Shown here piece after piece: positions 38,406 to 51,950 of a stretch of DNA of 64,000 bases. The stretch comes from Podarcis filfolensis. Taxonomy: Eukaryota. Numbering within the stretch: position 1 is the first letter of the stretch; each line of letters begins with the position of its first letter. The translations under genes and the position numbers were made by a program. Where the stretch lies: the NCBI GenBank assembly GCA_964270895.1, contig OZ185445.1, one strand, 5' to 3'. The notes beneath the pieces were generated by a model. The model worked only from the letters and a program-made list of their open reading frames with translations, was not told the DNA's origin and did no database searches.

Positions 38406-39843
38406 AGGGAAAATTTTCTCTGATTTATTTTCTTTCACATATATAGTTCCTCAGTTCCAAATGCCTTGTATTGTATATAGGATGACCTACACAAACAGTT
38501 GTCTTGCTTCATGTTTAATATTTCTGCAAAAATTTGGAAGAGCAAATACATATGGCTGGAATCCAATTATTTTGTGTCTTCTTAAAAAAAAGGCATTTGA
38601 ATTGTGGACTTCAGCTCCATTGTCTCTTAAAAAGCTTTGGCTTTTGAAACAGTAGCAACTTGCAGCCACGAAATTAGCACAGGCACTTGTAAAACGTGGG
38701 TCGTGCTGGCCCTACACATCTTGCATTTCACGGCATTGTGTGACTGCTGGGACTTGTGAAGTAACTGATGTCTGTACAGGGTTGTCATGTTCCAATTTGC
38801 GCTGAAGACGATTACAAATGTGTGTCTCAGCCGACTTTCCATTGCTTACTTCTAAGGGAAACATTCTCTTGATTAACTTTCATTAATGTTAATTGAAGCG
38901 AGGAGTATACAGACACAGTTATGGATTTCCATTCTTGGTATTCTCTATACCCAGAGTGAACTACTTAATTATGTTTAATATTGTATGAGAACAAGGGTAT
39001 GGTATGGGGAGGATGTGTGACTTGGGAATATGTCCTCTACCTTGAAGTAATAATTGATTTGATTATTCCCCCCGCCCCCCTGGTATTATCCAAGTGCATA
39101 TCTGTAGAGAGATTTAGCAAGGGCTTAGAAGTGCATTTGGGGCAAAATCCAGCATGGCTTTGTCTTGCTCCCTTTCATTTCCAGGGAAATGCTTACATGA
39201 GGAACTTCCTTGTTAATTATTCACTTTTAATGTACTTCTCTGCTGCCCCCTGTCCCCAGCAGCCCACACAATAATATCAGAATGTGCTGTATAGTATCCT
39301 TGATTTGCTTGCCACTAGAGGATACAGTTGCTGTGTTCCATTGCAATAGCCCCAGAGTACAGCTATAGCACAAAATGACTACTGCAGGCTGTACATTTGT
39401 CTCTTACTTAGCCTGGAAGCTGTTGTCGAGTGTGTGTATTAATTCGTCAGTAGCTGACTCACCAATGTGCTCCTGACATCAAAGAACAATATTTGGAAGA
39501 GCATTGAGGACCCAGCTTACCTATTTTAGCCATTTTCTGATTAATGTAGTTGGTTTACTTTGTGTAAATTCTTATACTAGCCAGAAATGCATACCCTCTA
39601 GAAATACTGACTATCTAATATACGATCTAATAAAGAAGTAAAAATTATGTTATAGCTAGTTTATCATTAGTTTATCATATAGGCATACTTCTGTTCTAAA
39701 AGTTATTTTAGCTGTTTTCAAGGTCACCTGTTGCAAGAAATGTATACATATATGGAAGGTGAACTGTTTGTGAAATTAGCAAATTTTGACTTTTTTGGTA
39801 GGGAAATATGCCTAATGTCTTTTCCCCTGTTGTGTCATTCCAG

Positions 39844-39901
39844 TCTGATACCTACCTTTGCATGTCTGTCCGTTTACCAGTGGAGGAGGAAGCCTACGTA
39901 G
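39844..39901 (+). CDS. PAM: PAM coding exon 3 (SDTYLCMSVRLPVEEEAYV)
   Basis: ttccag| acceptor, G|gtgagt donor, 58 nt; DTYxC motif (Tyr79/Cys81 in rat numbering). Confidence 0.97.
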
Positions 39902-40705
39902 GTGAGTACCACCTGAGTGTCAGAAAATCATGGACAGAATTGGTGAAAGGCTTGTGTTGCTTCCCCTGTAGCTTAATTTCCCCCCCCCCCATCTGAATTC
40001 CTGTAATACATTCATCATGTCTAATGCAGAAGCAAAACTAGAGGGAACCACTTAAGGTGGGGATAACAAACTGTATCTGGAGAGACTCGTGAGTAATAGT
40101 ACTTAAGGAGCTTCATGTAGATGCCTCTGGCAGCTGGGCTGTAGCGCTCCCATTTGTAAAGTATTGGCTTTCTGTCTGTGGCTGGATACTTAATTCCACT
40201 CCATTGCACAAGCTGTTTATTTACCTGCTGGTACGGGCTGTAAATCTCTTTGCACTTACAATAAGCGCTAGGTACAGTAAGATCTTACCTGTTTGCAAAA
40301 TACACTTGCTTTATGTTGAGGCGTGGATGAGATGACAGGCAAATGACAGGCCCTACCACAACACTATATCAATGTTTAATTTAAGTAAGTAGGCCACTGA
40401 AGTAAGCACCATCTGTTTAGTGTGTTCGCTCCGTAATGTTCATTTTTTATTCCATTCTGCTTGCCAACGGTTACCTTCACTAGTAAGTGTAAATAGTAGA
40501 ATGGAAATTTACAATGAAAGGGTAGAACCTAGAAAATCGTCACTTGTTTTCAACGAGATTAGTTAGCTCTTAACACATTTTAACTGTGTGTGTATGTATT
40601 AGGTAGCTGATGAGTGATAAAGGTTTGGCTTTTTCCATATGCGTTGAAAATGCGATTAGGAAACCACTATCATTGTATCACTGTTGTATTGCCATTGGCT
40701 TAAGG

Positions 40706-40842
40706 CAGCCTTGCCTACCCTGGTGCCCCCTAGAACTTGGGGACTACATCTCCCATGAGCCCCAGCCAGCATGGCCATTAGGTAGACATGATAGGCTTTG
40801 TAGCCCCAAAATGTCTGGAGGACACCAGGTTGGAAAAGGCTG
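40706..40842. mobile_element. Palindromic hAT MITE (older)
   Basis: Ends cagcctt / aaggctg; TSD gcttaagg / agttaagg (6/8). Confidence 0.72.
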
Positions 40843-41534
40843 AGTTAAGGTAAGGGGAGTGCAGCTTTCAAAGAACATGACATCTCTACTTTCAGCCGAC
40901 ATGATTTGGGCACATCTTTATTTGGTGTGATATTTAGTAATTATATTACTGTGTTCTGGTTTGGGGGCTCTGAAGAGCGTAATTTAGGTCATAGGCAGCC
41001 TTTAGAATTTATGCTTTGTAGATCAAAGGTTCAGTTTGAGTTCCCATAGTAAGACACTGAAGGATTAAAGAAAATTAGAGATGCCAGCAAAACGTAGGGC
41101 ATGCACCTGGAAAATTACTTTGAGGCTCATGAAGCTCACTGCAAGGAATAGGCAGGCTATAAAAGGCCCCGAATTATTTTCTGGCTTTGATTTAAGAATT
41201 TCCAGCCCTTCCCTTGTCCAACACTCAAATCCCCTTCCCAAACTTTTCCCTTTTTATTTAAAAGCCTCACCTATATTGGCCAACATGCAGTGCATTGTCT
41301 GTGAAATAAGAGGAGAAAATCTGCCTCTTCTTCTTGTCCTTGTCCATGGTGCTGCTGAACACATCAGTATGGCAAATCCCAGCAGTTCCTTGGAGCTGTA
41401 GTTTATGCTAGGGCTACCACCTTTGTAGAATTGATTTTGGGATTATGCTTGCATCCAAAACTACTTCCTTTTGGCTTCTTTCCTGGATAAGGCTCATGTA
41501 AACCCCTGAGGACCTCCCCCCAGCTATAGGGTGG

Positions 41535-41537
<3 letters not shown>

Positions 41538-41567
<30 letters not shown>
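41538..41567. repeat. (AAT)10 microsatellite
   Basis: Read directly. Confidence 0.95.
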
Positions 41568-41568
<1 letters not shown>

Positions 41569-44144
41569 GGCAGTTTCTTGTGAGTATAGGTAGTTTTCCT
41601 GTGTCTTGTGTTAGGGATGATTTAATATTATCCAATCATGCTTGATGCAGATATGGGGCAGAATTAGCAATTCTATTTCCAGTTGGAAGGACGGAATTCC
41701 AGAGTATTACTTTATTTAGAGATATAGTGAGTAGCAGCTGTGGGTGGCTGCTTTGGGCCCCTGGGAGCCTTTAATGATCTGATTTTAATCATTATTTTCA
41801 TGACACAGAAGCAGTTCTCTCATAGCACATAATTTGGGACTTCTGCGCCAGTTGATTTTTTTATTATTACTTGGATCTTGTAAGATAATTTATTCTATCC
41901 AAGTATTTAAGCAATTGTGTGTTTAGAGTTTCTGTTAATTAAAACACTGCAGCAATTATTCTTTAGGGTATATACTGTGTTTAATTTATGATATGTCTAC
42001 TGTTCTGTGAACTGCTATTTATAAAGACAAAATCGGCATGAAATACATTGTACAGTATTGTTCTTTGGGGTTATTTATAGGCTGGAAACACTCCTGTTAA
42101 GATCTAGTTAGGGCTAAGCAAATGGGTCCTTGAGGACAACTACTGTTCTTAACATCTTTTGTAAGGAGTGCACTATCTGAACATTACAAATTAAAATTAC
42201 TGAAGAATTTAGTTAGAGAGAAAAGAAAAATACAAAACATTCCTATCATAGTAAATAGTTACTTGCAAATATATAGAGAATGCTGGCAGTAAGAAATTTC
42301 AGATTGTACAATGGTGGGACTCTCTATATTTTCATGCCACCTGGTCCAAACCAGAAGTCACAGTAGAATAGGCCCTTTGGTGTTGCAGCGCACAATTTAT
42401 TTTTTTTTAAATGACTAGTTTCACAATCCCACGCACACTTAGTAAAAAGTAAGCCTGTTAAAATTAATGGGATTTATTTCTCAGTGAATGTATTTATGAT
42501 CAGGTTAGATGTATGTTGCTTATTAATATAATTTTAAAATACTGTAGAAGAAACTATTTTAAATGCTTTCATGCTTGTTGAATCATAAACAATGTATAAT
42601 TGCTTCTGTCCAGAAATGTCTCATCAGAGGTAAACTGAGCTGGACTAAAGTTATTTCATTCCATATATATAAAAGTGTGGTTATGTAGTAGACTTTCCTC
42701 ACATAGCCAGGCATTAAGCTTTGAGCATGTGAATGCAGAAGTCTTTTGAGTGGTGTATAAGATATCAAACTTTCCAGTTAACCTTAGAAGGTATTACTTT
42801 ATTAGTGTGACAAATAGACACGAAAAGTTACCTAAAAAGAAGGTGATTTCCCAACAAAGCAAAAACTAAAATAAAAGCACACAAAGGATGCACCAGAACG
42901 TCAGTATGTGCCATTGAAACTGGATATCTCCAACATGTTTTGAATCCAGTGTGTAACATCCAATAGTCACATCCTGCCACTGGAAGGAACCTCTGGTCCA
43001 ACACGGCTCTCTTTTTCTATCTTTCCCTTCGCTCCCCCTATTAAGTGTGTGGGGTTGATGAGGAAGTCCCATTGCACAAGCTGAAGTCCCACTTGTACGA
43101 CATTGGATTTTGTCTGTACATTTTGCTAACCAGATGCATTTTGTTGGTTGCTACGGGTAGGCTGTAACTTCACATACTTACTAATGAAATAAATGTAGTT
43201 GCTAATCGTAATAAGATATGTCTAGCATCTGATTGTCCAGTGTACAACCTTTTACTTAGAGCCCATTTTATTAGATGTGTAATACTGTCCATTCCAAGCT
43301 AACTAGCAATAGTAAGCTCCTTGGTAGGATTTTTTTAAAAAAGCATAATACAGTATTTGACCTTTCCCCTCAAAGTTTTTCTGCTGCACAATGAGACTGA
43401 ATATGTGTAAAATATATAGAGGTGAGCAGCGGGGAGATATAAGTGTTTTTTTTCCCTTTTGTGCTTCTGAAAAATTAATATTTTCCCATCTAGTCTTTTA
43501 AATGTTTGATTATATGGGCAAATAGCAAAACAAGAGAAGTATTTGCTGTATTGTTCAGGGTTTGATACAATCTGCTCTTTACTATTGAACTCTGCTGATA
43601 GCTAAAGGGTATACTACCGACACTTAGAAGAATTGTGTCTGACAGCAAGCCACTCAGCCAGGAAATTTATCTGTCATTCTCCTTCCCTTATTTTCACGCA
43701 TATGGCCAACCAGTAAATAAATGTGGTTTCCCCCCCTTACTGACTGATGGTAAGCCACCATTTGTCAAACAGTTTCATACAAACAAGATAGGACCTATTA
43801 TAATCTGAAAAGAGGATGGAAATAATTTGATGATATATTGCATTTTTATTGCTTTACTTGACTCCATAGCTGCAGGATTGTTACAATAGAAATCTTTATT
43901 GCTTGGTGATACTACCTTTTGAGGAAAACCCATCTAAGTTAGTAAGTGTTTATACATTTATGCCTTTGGTGGCTAATGATATATGGTCAATTTTGTAACA
44001 TGTGAAAATGATTCAAGTTGCCTGATCTGCAGTGTGTGATTTGCAGAAAAATAAGACTCAAATAAATGAATAATAGTTGGAAAGAATTCGCCTTATCGAT
44101 GGAAGTAGACAAGCTTTTTTACTACTGCACTGTGTATCAGAGAA

Positions 44145-44160
44145 AGAGAGAGAGAGAGAG
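44145..44160. repeat. (AG)8 microsatellite
   Basis: Read directly. Confidence 0.9.
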
Positions 44161-44260
44161 TCCCATTTTGTATCTTGTGTACAAATAACTAAACTATTAA
44201 TGTACTGTGAGCCTTAAGATTTGCCAATCTTGATGGTAAAGCAAAAAAGCATTGTAGCAT

Positions 44261-44500
44261 CAAGTTGAAAGAAAGGAGATTCCATCTAAACATCAGGAAG
44301 AACTTTCTGATTGTAAGAGCTGTTCATCTGTGGAATGGACTCCCTCAGAAGGTGGTGGATTCTCCTTCATTGGAAGTTGTTAAGCAGAGTTGGATGGCCA
44401 TTTGTCATGGATGTTTTAGTAGAGGGTCCTGCACTGCAGGGGGTTGGACTAGATGACCCTTGGGATCCCTTCCAGCTCTACAGCTGTACAATTCAATTAT
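44261..44500 (+). mobile_element. CR1 LINE 3' end
   Basis: ORF KERRFHLNIRKNFLIVRAVHLWNGLPQKVVDSPSLEVVKQ is the CR1 ORF2 C-terminus, followed by a CR1 3' UTR. Confidence 0.92.
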
Positions 44501-44607
44501 TCTGTAAGATATGAAACCAAATTTCAGCTCCTCCACCCCACCATTCCACAATTTTTCAATGCTTCCTTTCCTAGTAGCTAGAAAATGCGTATGAAATTTC
44601 ACCAGTA

Positions 44608-44852
44608 CAGTGGTACCTCGGGTTAAGAACTTAATTCGTTCTGGAGGTCTGTTCTTAACCTGAAACTGTTCTTAACCTGAAGCACCACTTTAGCAAATGG
44701 GGCCTCCTGCTGCCGCTGCTGCGCCACTGGAGTGCGATTTCTGTCCTCATCCTGAAGCAAAGTTCTTAACCTGAGGTACTATTTCTGGGTTAGCGGAGTC
44801 TGTAACCTGAAGCGTCTGTAACCTGAAGCATATGTAACCCGAGGTATCACTG
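44608..44852 (+). mobile_element. Tc1/mariner-pogo MITE, family A copy 4
   Basis: TIR cagtggtacctcgggtta / taacccgaggtatcactg; TA TSD on both sides. Confidence 0.9.
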
Positions 44853-46898
44853 TATAGTGGTTTCTAGAATAGTGAGTAGGTTTGGGTGTAGTTTAAGAGA
44901 AAGAGAGAGAGGGATGAAGGAAGGGTTGTTGTTGTTATTTTTTTAAAAAAAAACTCTGTAGAAGAGGACACTGAATTAGTCACATTATATTTCACTACAT
45001 CGGGAGATATGTAGAACACTGATAAATAAATACATATAGGTTGAAATCCAGCGGTATGTGAGAGTTTCACTTGTACCTTGGGACTTTCCTTGCCTATTCC
45101 CCCACCCCTGCTGGCAGCCCCCCGGTCACCCCGAAAATCTGACTTGCATTAAAATAATCCATCAAATTATACTGTCTGGAAGATGGTCTTTTAAAAGGCA
45201 GTGGGAATACAAATGTACCCCTGTAATGGACTATTCTAAAGTTGAGGGAGCCTATGACAGGAGTGGCTCAACTTTGTCCTTGCACATAATGCTAATATAT
45301 AATTTCTCTTGTGGATGAAATACGTTTTAATATTTAACATTCTTTGCCACCCTTTGAAGTCTTTTGGTCTTACAGTGCTGTCAGTAAACATCACAGTTAG
45401 TGAGAGCAATTGGAAAATGATTTTGTAGCATCTTCAGTGGATTGTAAAACTCCAGCTGTCATCGTAGAATTGAGTCTACCCTATTAATGTATTCATCTCT
45501 TTTCTTCCCCCCACCCCTGGAATATTCCTTTGTTCTGCTAAACTTCAAAATGCAAAACCGGGGGCGCAATTGTAAAGTACCAGATCTCCTGTGGTCCTGC
45601 TCCTACTGTGCCATTAGAATTAAAATGATACACCTCAAGAATCTGCCCTGCTGCTTCCTAGTTAAAGAAACTTAAAATGCTCTCTGTCACTGAAGAGTAA
45701 AACTATTGATAATGCTACTCTTGTTTACCACCTTCAAATGTACTCCTCCCCTCTTCTTTCCTCTCTTTTTTGGGTTGGAGGATCATCTGTGAGACTTGAG
45801 TTTCATCTACAGTAGAAACTAAAAACATATTCCTTGGAGTTATGTTGTTTACAGTAGTCATTAAAATGTCTTTGTGTATTTCTTATTCCCCTTTTATATT
45901 TAATTATTGGTCAAATGTACACATTAATCTACTTTTTGGACTTCATTGTTTAGTAAGATCCAGAAAATTATTAAACAGTCCTGGACAGGACCTCACAACT
46001 CTCTCTCCTAAATTTCTTTTTATATTAGAATTAAGACGTACGGTAAGTGGAGACCCCCCAAAAGGCCTTAATTGGACATTTATTAATGGCAGCGTACTTC
46101 ACAATCCCCAAACAATGAAAGGATATGCATGGTGTTTCAATTACTTTTTCTTATCAAAATGTTTGGTACATAGCCTATAAGGAAATGCTTGCACACAAAC
46201 TCAGAGCCTTACATGGTGTTTCTAAAATCGAGAAGTTCATTAAAATTTTGTTTGCTTTTATAAAACACGCACACAGAGAGAAAGAAAATGATGTTAATCC
46301 CCTCAATCCCAATATATTTCCATTTAGAATTTGGAATCATTATTAGACTTACTAGCTTCCTTTTTGCCTTTGAAATATTATTTTGATATAATGATCTTTT
46401 TGCCTCATTACTGAAAAGTTACTTTTGTATGAGAATTTCATATGAGTACTGCCATCTCTTGGAGCAGTGAATGTTTGGAGAGGAGGAACTTGAGTAGGGT
46501 ATTCTGGTATGTTATCATAGTCGTATATTTTACCTGCAATGAAAAACAGTAATGATTTCTTTAAAATGTACATCTTAATTAGTGTGTAACAAAAGCATAA
46601 GAAAAACTTAAAACAATTTTTTTTAAAGTATCATGGCCAATAAGGCATATTTGCCTGCTTTAGAAGTAAAATTGAGAGAGCTGAAACACAACTTGAGATA
46701 TTAGCACTTCATCCTTGCTGCGATTTTTGATTTCTATTCCTGCTGTGTCGTTATAATGAGCGCAGCATCCCATAGTGTATCTCCATTTGCTGTTGTATGA
46801 GTGAAAGAGAACAAATAAGTGTCCTTGTGCAACTTAATGTAGAACCATAAAATGTACTGAGAAAAAAGACATACGTAAGTATCACTTTTGTCTTTCAG

Positions 46899-46986
46899 TT
46901 GACTTCAAACCTCATGCTAGCATGGACACTGTCCATCATATGCTGCTCTTTGGATGCAACAATCCATCTTCAGATGAAGATTACTG
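46899..46986 (+). CDS. PAM: PAM coding exon 4 (VDFKPHASMDTVHHMLLFGC...DY)
   Basis: tttcag| acceptor, TG|gtaagg donor, 88 nt; His-His CuH ligands at 46934-46939 (rat H107/H108). Confidence 0.98.
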
Positions 46987-49205
46987 GTAAGGAGCACAGG
47001 GTTGTTTTCATGGCATTGGTTTAATTTCCTACCTGTGTCAGGAGGGAAAGACGTGTGGTTGGGAGGGGGTGTAGAAGGCTTGATGAATGCATGGTGGGTA
47101 TGGTGTTTTCAAAAACGTTCATTATGTCGTTTCTGCAATTTGGGTTGCAGATTTTAATCAATAGATGTATCAAACCAGGCCTAGTTGATCTGTGACTTCT
47201 TTGATAAATTGAAGGAAACATGAAAATGTATAATTAAAAAAGCAAAACTACCAGACTTTGCTTAGAGGGATGCCCATTTGGTTCCTCCCCACGCATATTA
47301 CTGTAGTACACTAGAGTAAAAACAGCCATAGTAAAGCTGATGTTGATTGCGATTTGTCCTCACATATTTTAAATTTCCCCCTATGGATTCATTCACTAAA
47401 ACTTAGTTGATTGATTTACTGTTCAAACTGATGAAAGGTTGTAGCCCCCAATAAAAACTGTAACCTCAGTGCTTCATAATGGGAAGCAAGTTGCAAATTT
47501 CTACGTCTTCATACTCATCAATAAGATGTTGCTATTAATAAATCAGAAGCAGCTCTGAAATACCTTTTAAATTTTGATTGGGCCATTAATATTTGAAAAG
47601 GACAGTCTATAAAACAAGTAACCAGAAATGCTAACTTGGCCCCAAAGAGTTATGAAATTGGAAAGGTGTTCTGTTCATCTATTACTGAAAAATAGTTCAT
47701 GTTTAATTGAATTTTATACTAGAATCCATGTGCTCATTTAAATATTCTTACACAATCCTACTATTTTGTAATTGGTAAACTTACCTTGGATAGGTAAGTT
47801 TACCAGTTTACCAGTGAGTTTCCGCATAGCCTTGATTTTTGCTTTGTCCGTTTCACAGGTTTATTTCCTCCATATAGGTTTATTTGCAGCATAGAGGTTG
47901 TATGATTTGCACATCATGGAAAGCTTGGATTCCTGGCTTATTGTAAGAGAAGAATCCTTGTGTGCACAGCCCATATCTGTGAGCAAGTTATCTAGGAGGG
48001 TGGCATATGAACCCAGCATCCTGGTTTGTGCTCTGAAAGCTAACTTCTAACCCTGGCTTATGAACCTGGCTTGCTGGGAGCAACAAACCAGGATGCCAGG
48101 TTTGCACATCATGGGAAGCCAAGCTAAATTCAGACATCCTGGTTTGTTTTTACCTGCTTGCAGAAAAGGAGGAGGTGAAGCAGGAGTGAACAGGCTGCAT
48201 TGTTAATTCACAGTAGAAAACTGTGACATTCATGGGCTTCACAATTACTATTAGTTTTTGCCAGTTGCAATCACCCCACCTCTTTCCCTTCCCTATCTCT
48301 TGCCTTCACACTCCATGTGTTTTCTACTACACCAAGGTTATGCCATGTTCTCCCTTCTCACATAGTGCACTCTTTTGCCCCAGTGGACACGAGACATTTA
48401 TAGTCATGCTAGCAACTACTGGTAGCACTCTGGAAACCACTATGAAATTACTAAAATTCATTTTGTTCAGTCCCAGAATACAAAGATTGGTCTGCTTCAC
48501 AGTTTGAAAGCATCTGCTCTAAACAAAAGGAGAGACTTACACAATCCTATCCATATCTACTCAGTAGTAAGCCCTGTTGAAATCAATGAGACTTGCTCCC
48601 AGGTAAATTGAATCAGGATTACAGCTTTAATCTCTCTGATTTTAAAGACTAAAGTCTGTTTTATACACTACTGAAGTGTCAAAGTTGATTCTTCCACGTG
48701 GCTGGATCCCAAAACTTTCCAAAAGCATTTGAATGAAAGACTTTATGGTGAACATAACTGTGTCCGTGTCTACTGTACCATGGGACAGTAGCTCTGAGAT
48801 GAGCTTTCCAGCTGATCTATTTATCTAACGTGATTCCTTCACCCAAACATGACTGGAACAGTGTGGGGACCAGGAAATAACTGCATTTTATTAATGAATA
48901 ACTCTATTCCTTATTGTAAATGACAGTAGGAAAGTAGCATCTTCAACATTTCCTTGACATTGCAGATAGGTTTTCTCCTTCCATTTTATCTGTGGAGGTC
49001 TGTTGCTGTTAAATTAAGATCCAAAATGTGCTGCTTCTTTTTTAGTGTGTTGTGAATGTTCCTAAGAAAAAGCGTGAAAAAGGAGCTATAGTAGTTCTGC
49101 TAGACATTCTACCTATGTGGAAAAAATAAAAACACATTTGATGAATGACTGATTACTGAATCTCATTTAAATGCAACTCTACCTAATTCACACTTTCTCA
49201 TTCAT

Positions 49206-49210
49206 ACACA

Positions 49211-49269
<59 letters not shown>
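49206..49269. repeat. Compound (AC)11(AG)21 microsatellite
   Basis: Read directly. Confidence 0.95.
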
Positions 49270-49274
<5 letters not shown>

Positions 49275-51433
49275 TGATGTGTAAAAATGTGTATGGGGGA
49301 AATTGCATACAAATGTCAATGTTGAATAGATTTCTATTAGACACCCTATATCAAAGAAAATTCTACTTCTGCATCTCAGCTGCTTCTGAGGGAGGAGTAG
49401 TAGCAGGGCAGGACCTATGGGAGGAGATGGCCCTTTTACACAGATCCTAAGGCTTATAGGTCTTCCAATGTCTTTGAAATATTTATTTATTTTCTTGCCT
49501 TTATATCACTCCTTTATTTTGACATGAAAACCAAGGTGAGTGGTATATGTTGCAATGGAAAACACTTCAGATTAGGACCAGAAATGCACCAACAGCTATT
49601 GAAGCTGAAATAGTAGCGGGGTGATGTGCTCCCTCCAAAAACTCACTCTTTTTACTAAAGCTCATTAAAGGAAAATCCTACCATTATCTCTCTCTTGGCA
49701 GACAGGGCATGGTATAAGTGAGCCACTGTGACTGGCAGCATTATGTAGGGTTCAAAATACTTCTGATGACAACATGGTTTATCCTATGGGGATTATCCAG
49801 TTTGGTTGGTTAACTGTGATTTAGATAATACTAAACCTGATAAACCAATGATTTGACTTGGTATAAAATCGCTTCCTATGTTGCGTGTGGATAGGTTTTT
49901 TTTTATTTTAAAAATTGAATTGCTAGAACAGAAGTTAATTACTTTCATTATTTGAAGGCATAGCATTGTAACTCATTTTGGAAATTTCTTTCCAAAGAAC
50001 TTCACTATAAATATATTGGAAGCAGCTACTGACATAGCTGAAAAAGTTAAGTCTCTTTCCCCCACTAACTAAGAATGTATTTATTACTTTCTGAAAAGAG
50101 ATAAAATCAAGGTTATCATCTGTATGGTCAGCCCAAGGGGAAATGCCAAGCTTTTTCCAGTGGGAAGAAGCAATGTTCAGTCTAATTAACCTTGTGATTC
50201 TAAGGGCTAAATTCTTGTGGTGTCAAAAATAGATCTTCAACCATGCTCATCATGCTATGGTATATATGAAGAAGAGAATAGTTGATGCAAATGTCACATG
50301 GAATGATAGATATTTCATAGTGTGGGGATTAGTTTAAATATTAAGAATTATACTTGAATACAGGAACATATATCATATTATAATAAATCTTGCATAGTCT
50401 TCAAGTCAAAATACAGGGTCTCTAAGGGTTTTTCTTTGTTTCTTTTCTTCTGCGGGTGACTTTTGAAATCTAAATTAAGACACAAGCTCCCAGGACCATT
50501 TTCTGTGCAAAAACCACTGTAATGGTTCTCGAGTCCCCGTGGATGGGCACAAAATTTCAGGATGACAAAATTCTAAGCCAGGGAATTTCATGTTTGCAGC
50601 AGATTTTAACATTCAGCTGCCCGAGAAACTATTCCACCCACAGTAGGTGCTCATTTGTATGGGAGCTTCTGAACAGAGCAACCTTCCTTAACTGGCTGCC
50701 ATGAGCCCTCAGTATTGTTGTCGTTCGACATGGGGTGGTAGACTAGGACTCAGGAGGAGGACGGGACTGAATGGTGGGAACCTGAGTTGGAGAAGGAGGC
50801 ATCTCCCCTTTCCACCACAGCTTCAGTCCCTTTGGAAGGGGATCAGGGTTGCTAGCTCTCCCCTCCAACCTTCCTGAAGAGCAGAGAGCCTCAATACAGG
50901 TTGGGAAGGGCTTTGATCAGCTGAGGAGGAGGCTGCAACAGAGGCGGCAGCGACTGAACAGAAGAGTGTAGCCTTGTCACCTAGAATCAAATGCTACCTT
51001 CACAGGTGGAAGCTCACATACTCATGGAGTGCATGCTTGCAATCTTGGTATTCCTGTAAGGCAAGGGAATATTGTGATTGAGCACTCCATGCCTTGTCTT
51101 TAAAAGCTGGTGGGAGGTGTGGGGAAACTTGTTGGTGCATCTTCATTGCATGAACATCTGAATTGTGACTTCTGAGCACTGTGTCTGCTGCTGACCCTAT
51201 ACTGTTATTTCCCTGAATAAATAACTTTTCTTTATGTACAAGTATGAGCCTCTGTCTGTGCGTGTTGGGCAGGAGCCAGGATAGTGGCTGGTTTAGGGGG
51301 ACATCTGATATGTGCTGTTACATTCCATTTTTAACACCAGTATTGGACTGTACTGCCTAAGCCCTTAATCAAACAGCAGCAGGTTGCACACACAGAGGGA
51401 GCTATGTGTGAAGATTCTGTGTGCTTGCCTGTA

Positions 51434-51630
51434 AGCTAGCATGGCATAGTGGTTGGAATATCCTGCTAGGGCCAAGGAGATCTAGATTCCAATTCCATAA
51501 AGCTCCCTGGATAATATTGGGCTGGATACAAACTCTCAGGCTAACCTACCTTAGATAGTGGTTGTGAAGATAAAATGGGACCATGTACACCGCCTTAAGT
51601 TCCATGGATGAAAATGCAATAAGTAAAATA
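51434..51630 (+). mobile_element. Degenerate tRNA-derived MIR/Squam-like SINE
   Basis: agctagcatggcatagtggtt head; ctaacctacc...gtggttgtgaagataaaatgg core similar to 22034-22250. Confidence 0.6.
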
Positions 51631-51864
51631 TTGACTGCCAAAGAGATGAGTGCTGGTAAAATGCTGGAGGGAGCAGGTTCAAAAGGTGGTGTAAATTTTA
51701 GAAGAGGGAGTTAGAAACACATTGAGAGTCATGATTACAAAGGGCATTCTCAGCCTGAATGTAGTGTTTGCGGTGGAGAATAATGTTAACTGCTTAATGT
51801 TCCTAAAATGAGAGAGGTGCTCAAGCCAAAATAAAAAAAGCTTCCCACTGTGTGTTTGTTTCAG

Positions 51865-51950
51865 GGACTGTGATGGAGGAACATGCACGGACACATCTAA
51901 TATTTTGTATGCTTGGGCAAGAAATGCACCACCAACAAGACTACCAAAAG
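51865..51950 (+). CDS. PAM: PAM coding exon 5 (WDCDGGTCTDTSNILYAWARNAPPTRLPK)
   Basis: tttcag| acceptor, AAG|gtatga donor, 86 nt; ILYAWARNAP motif. Confidence 0.98.
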
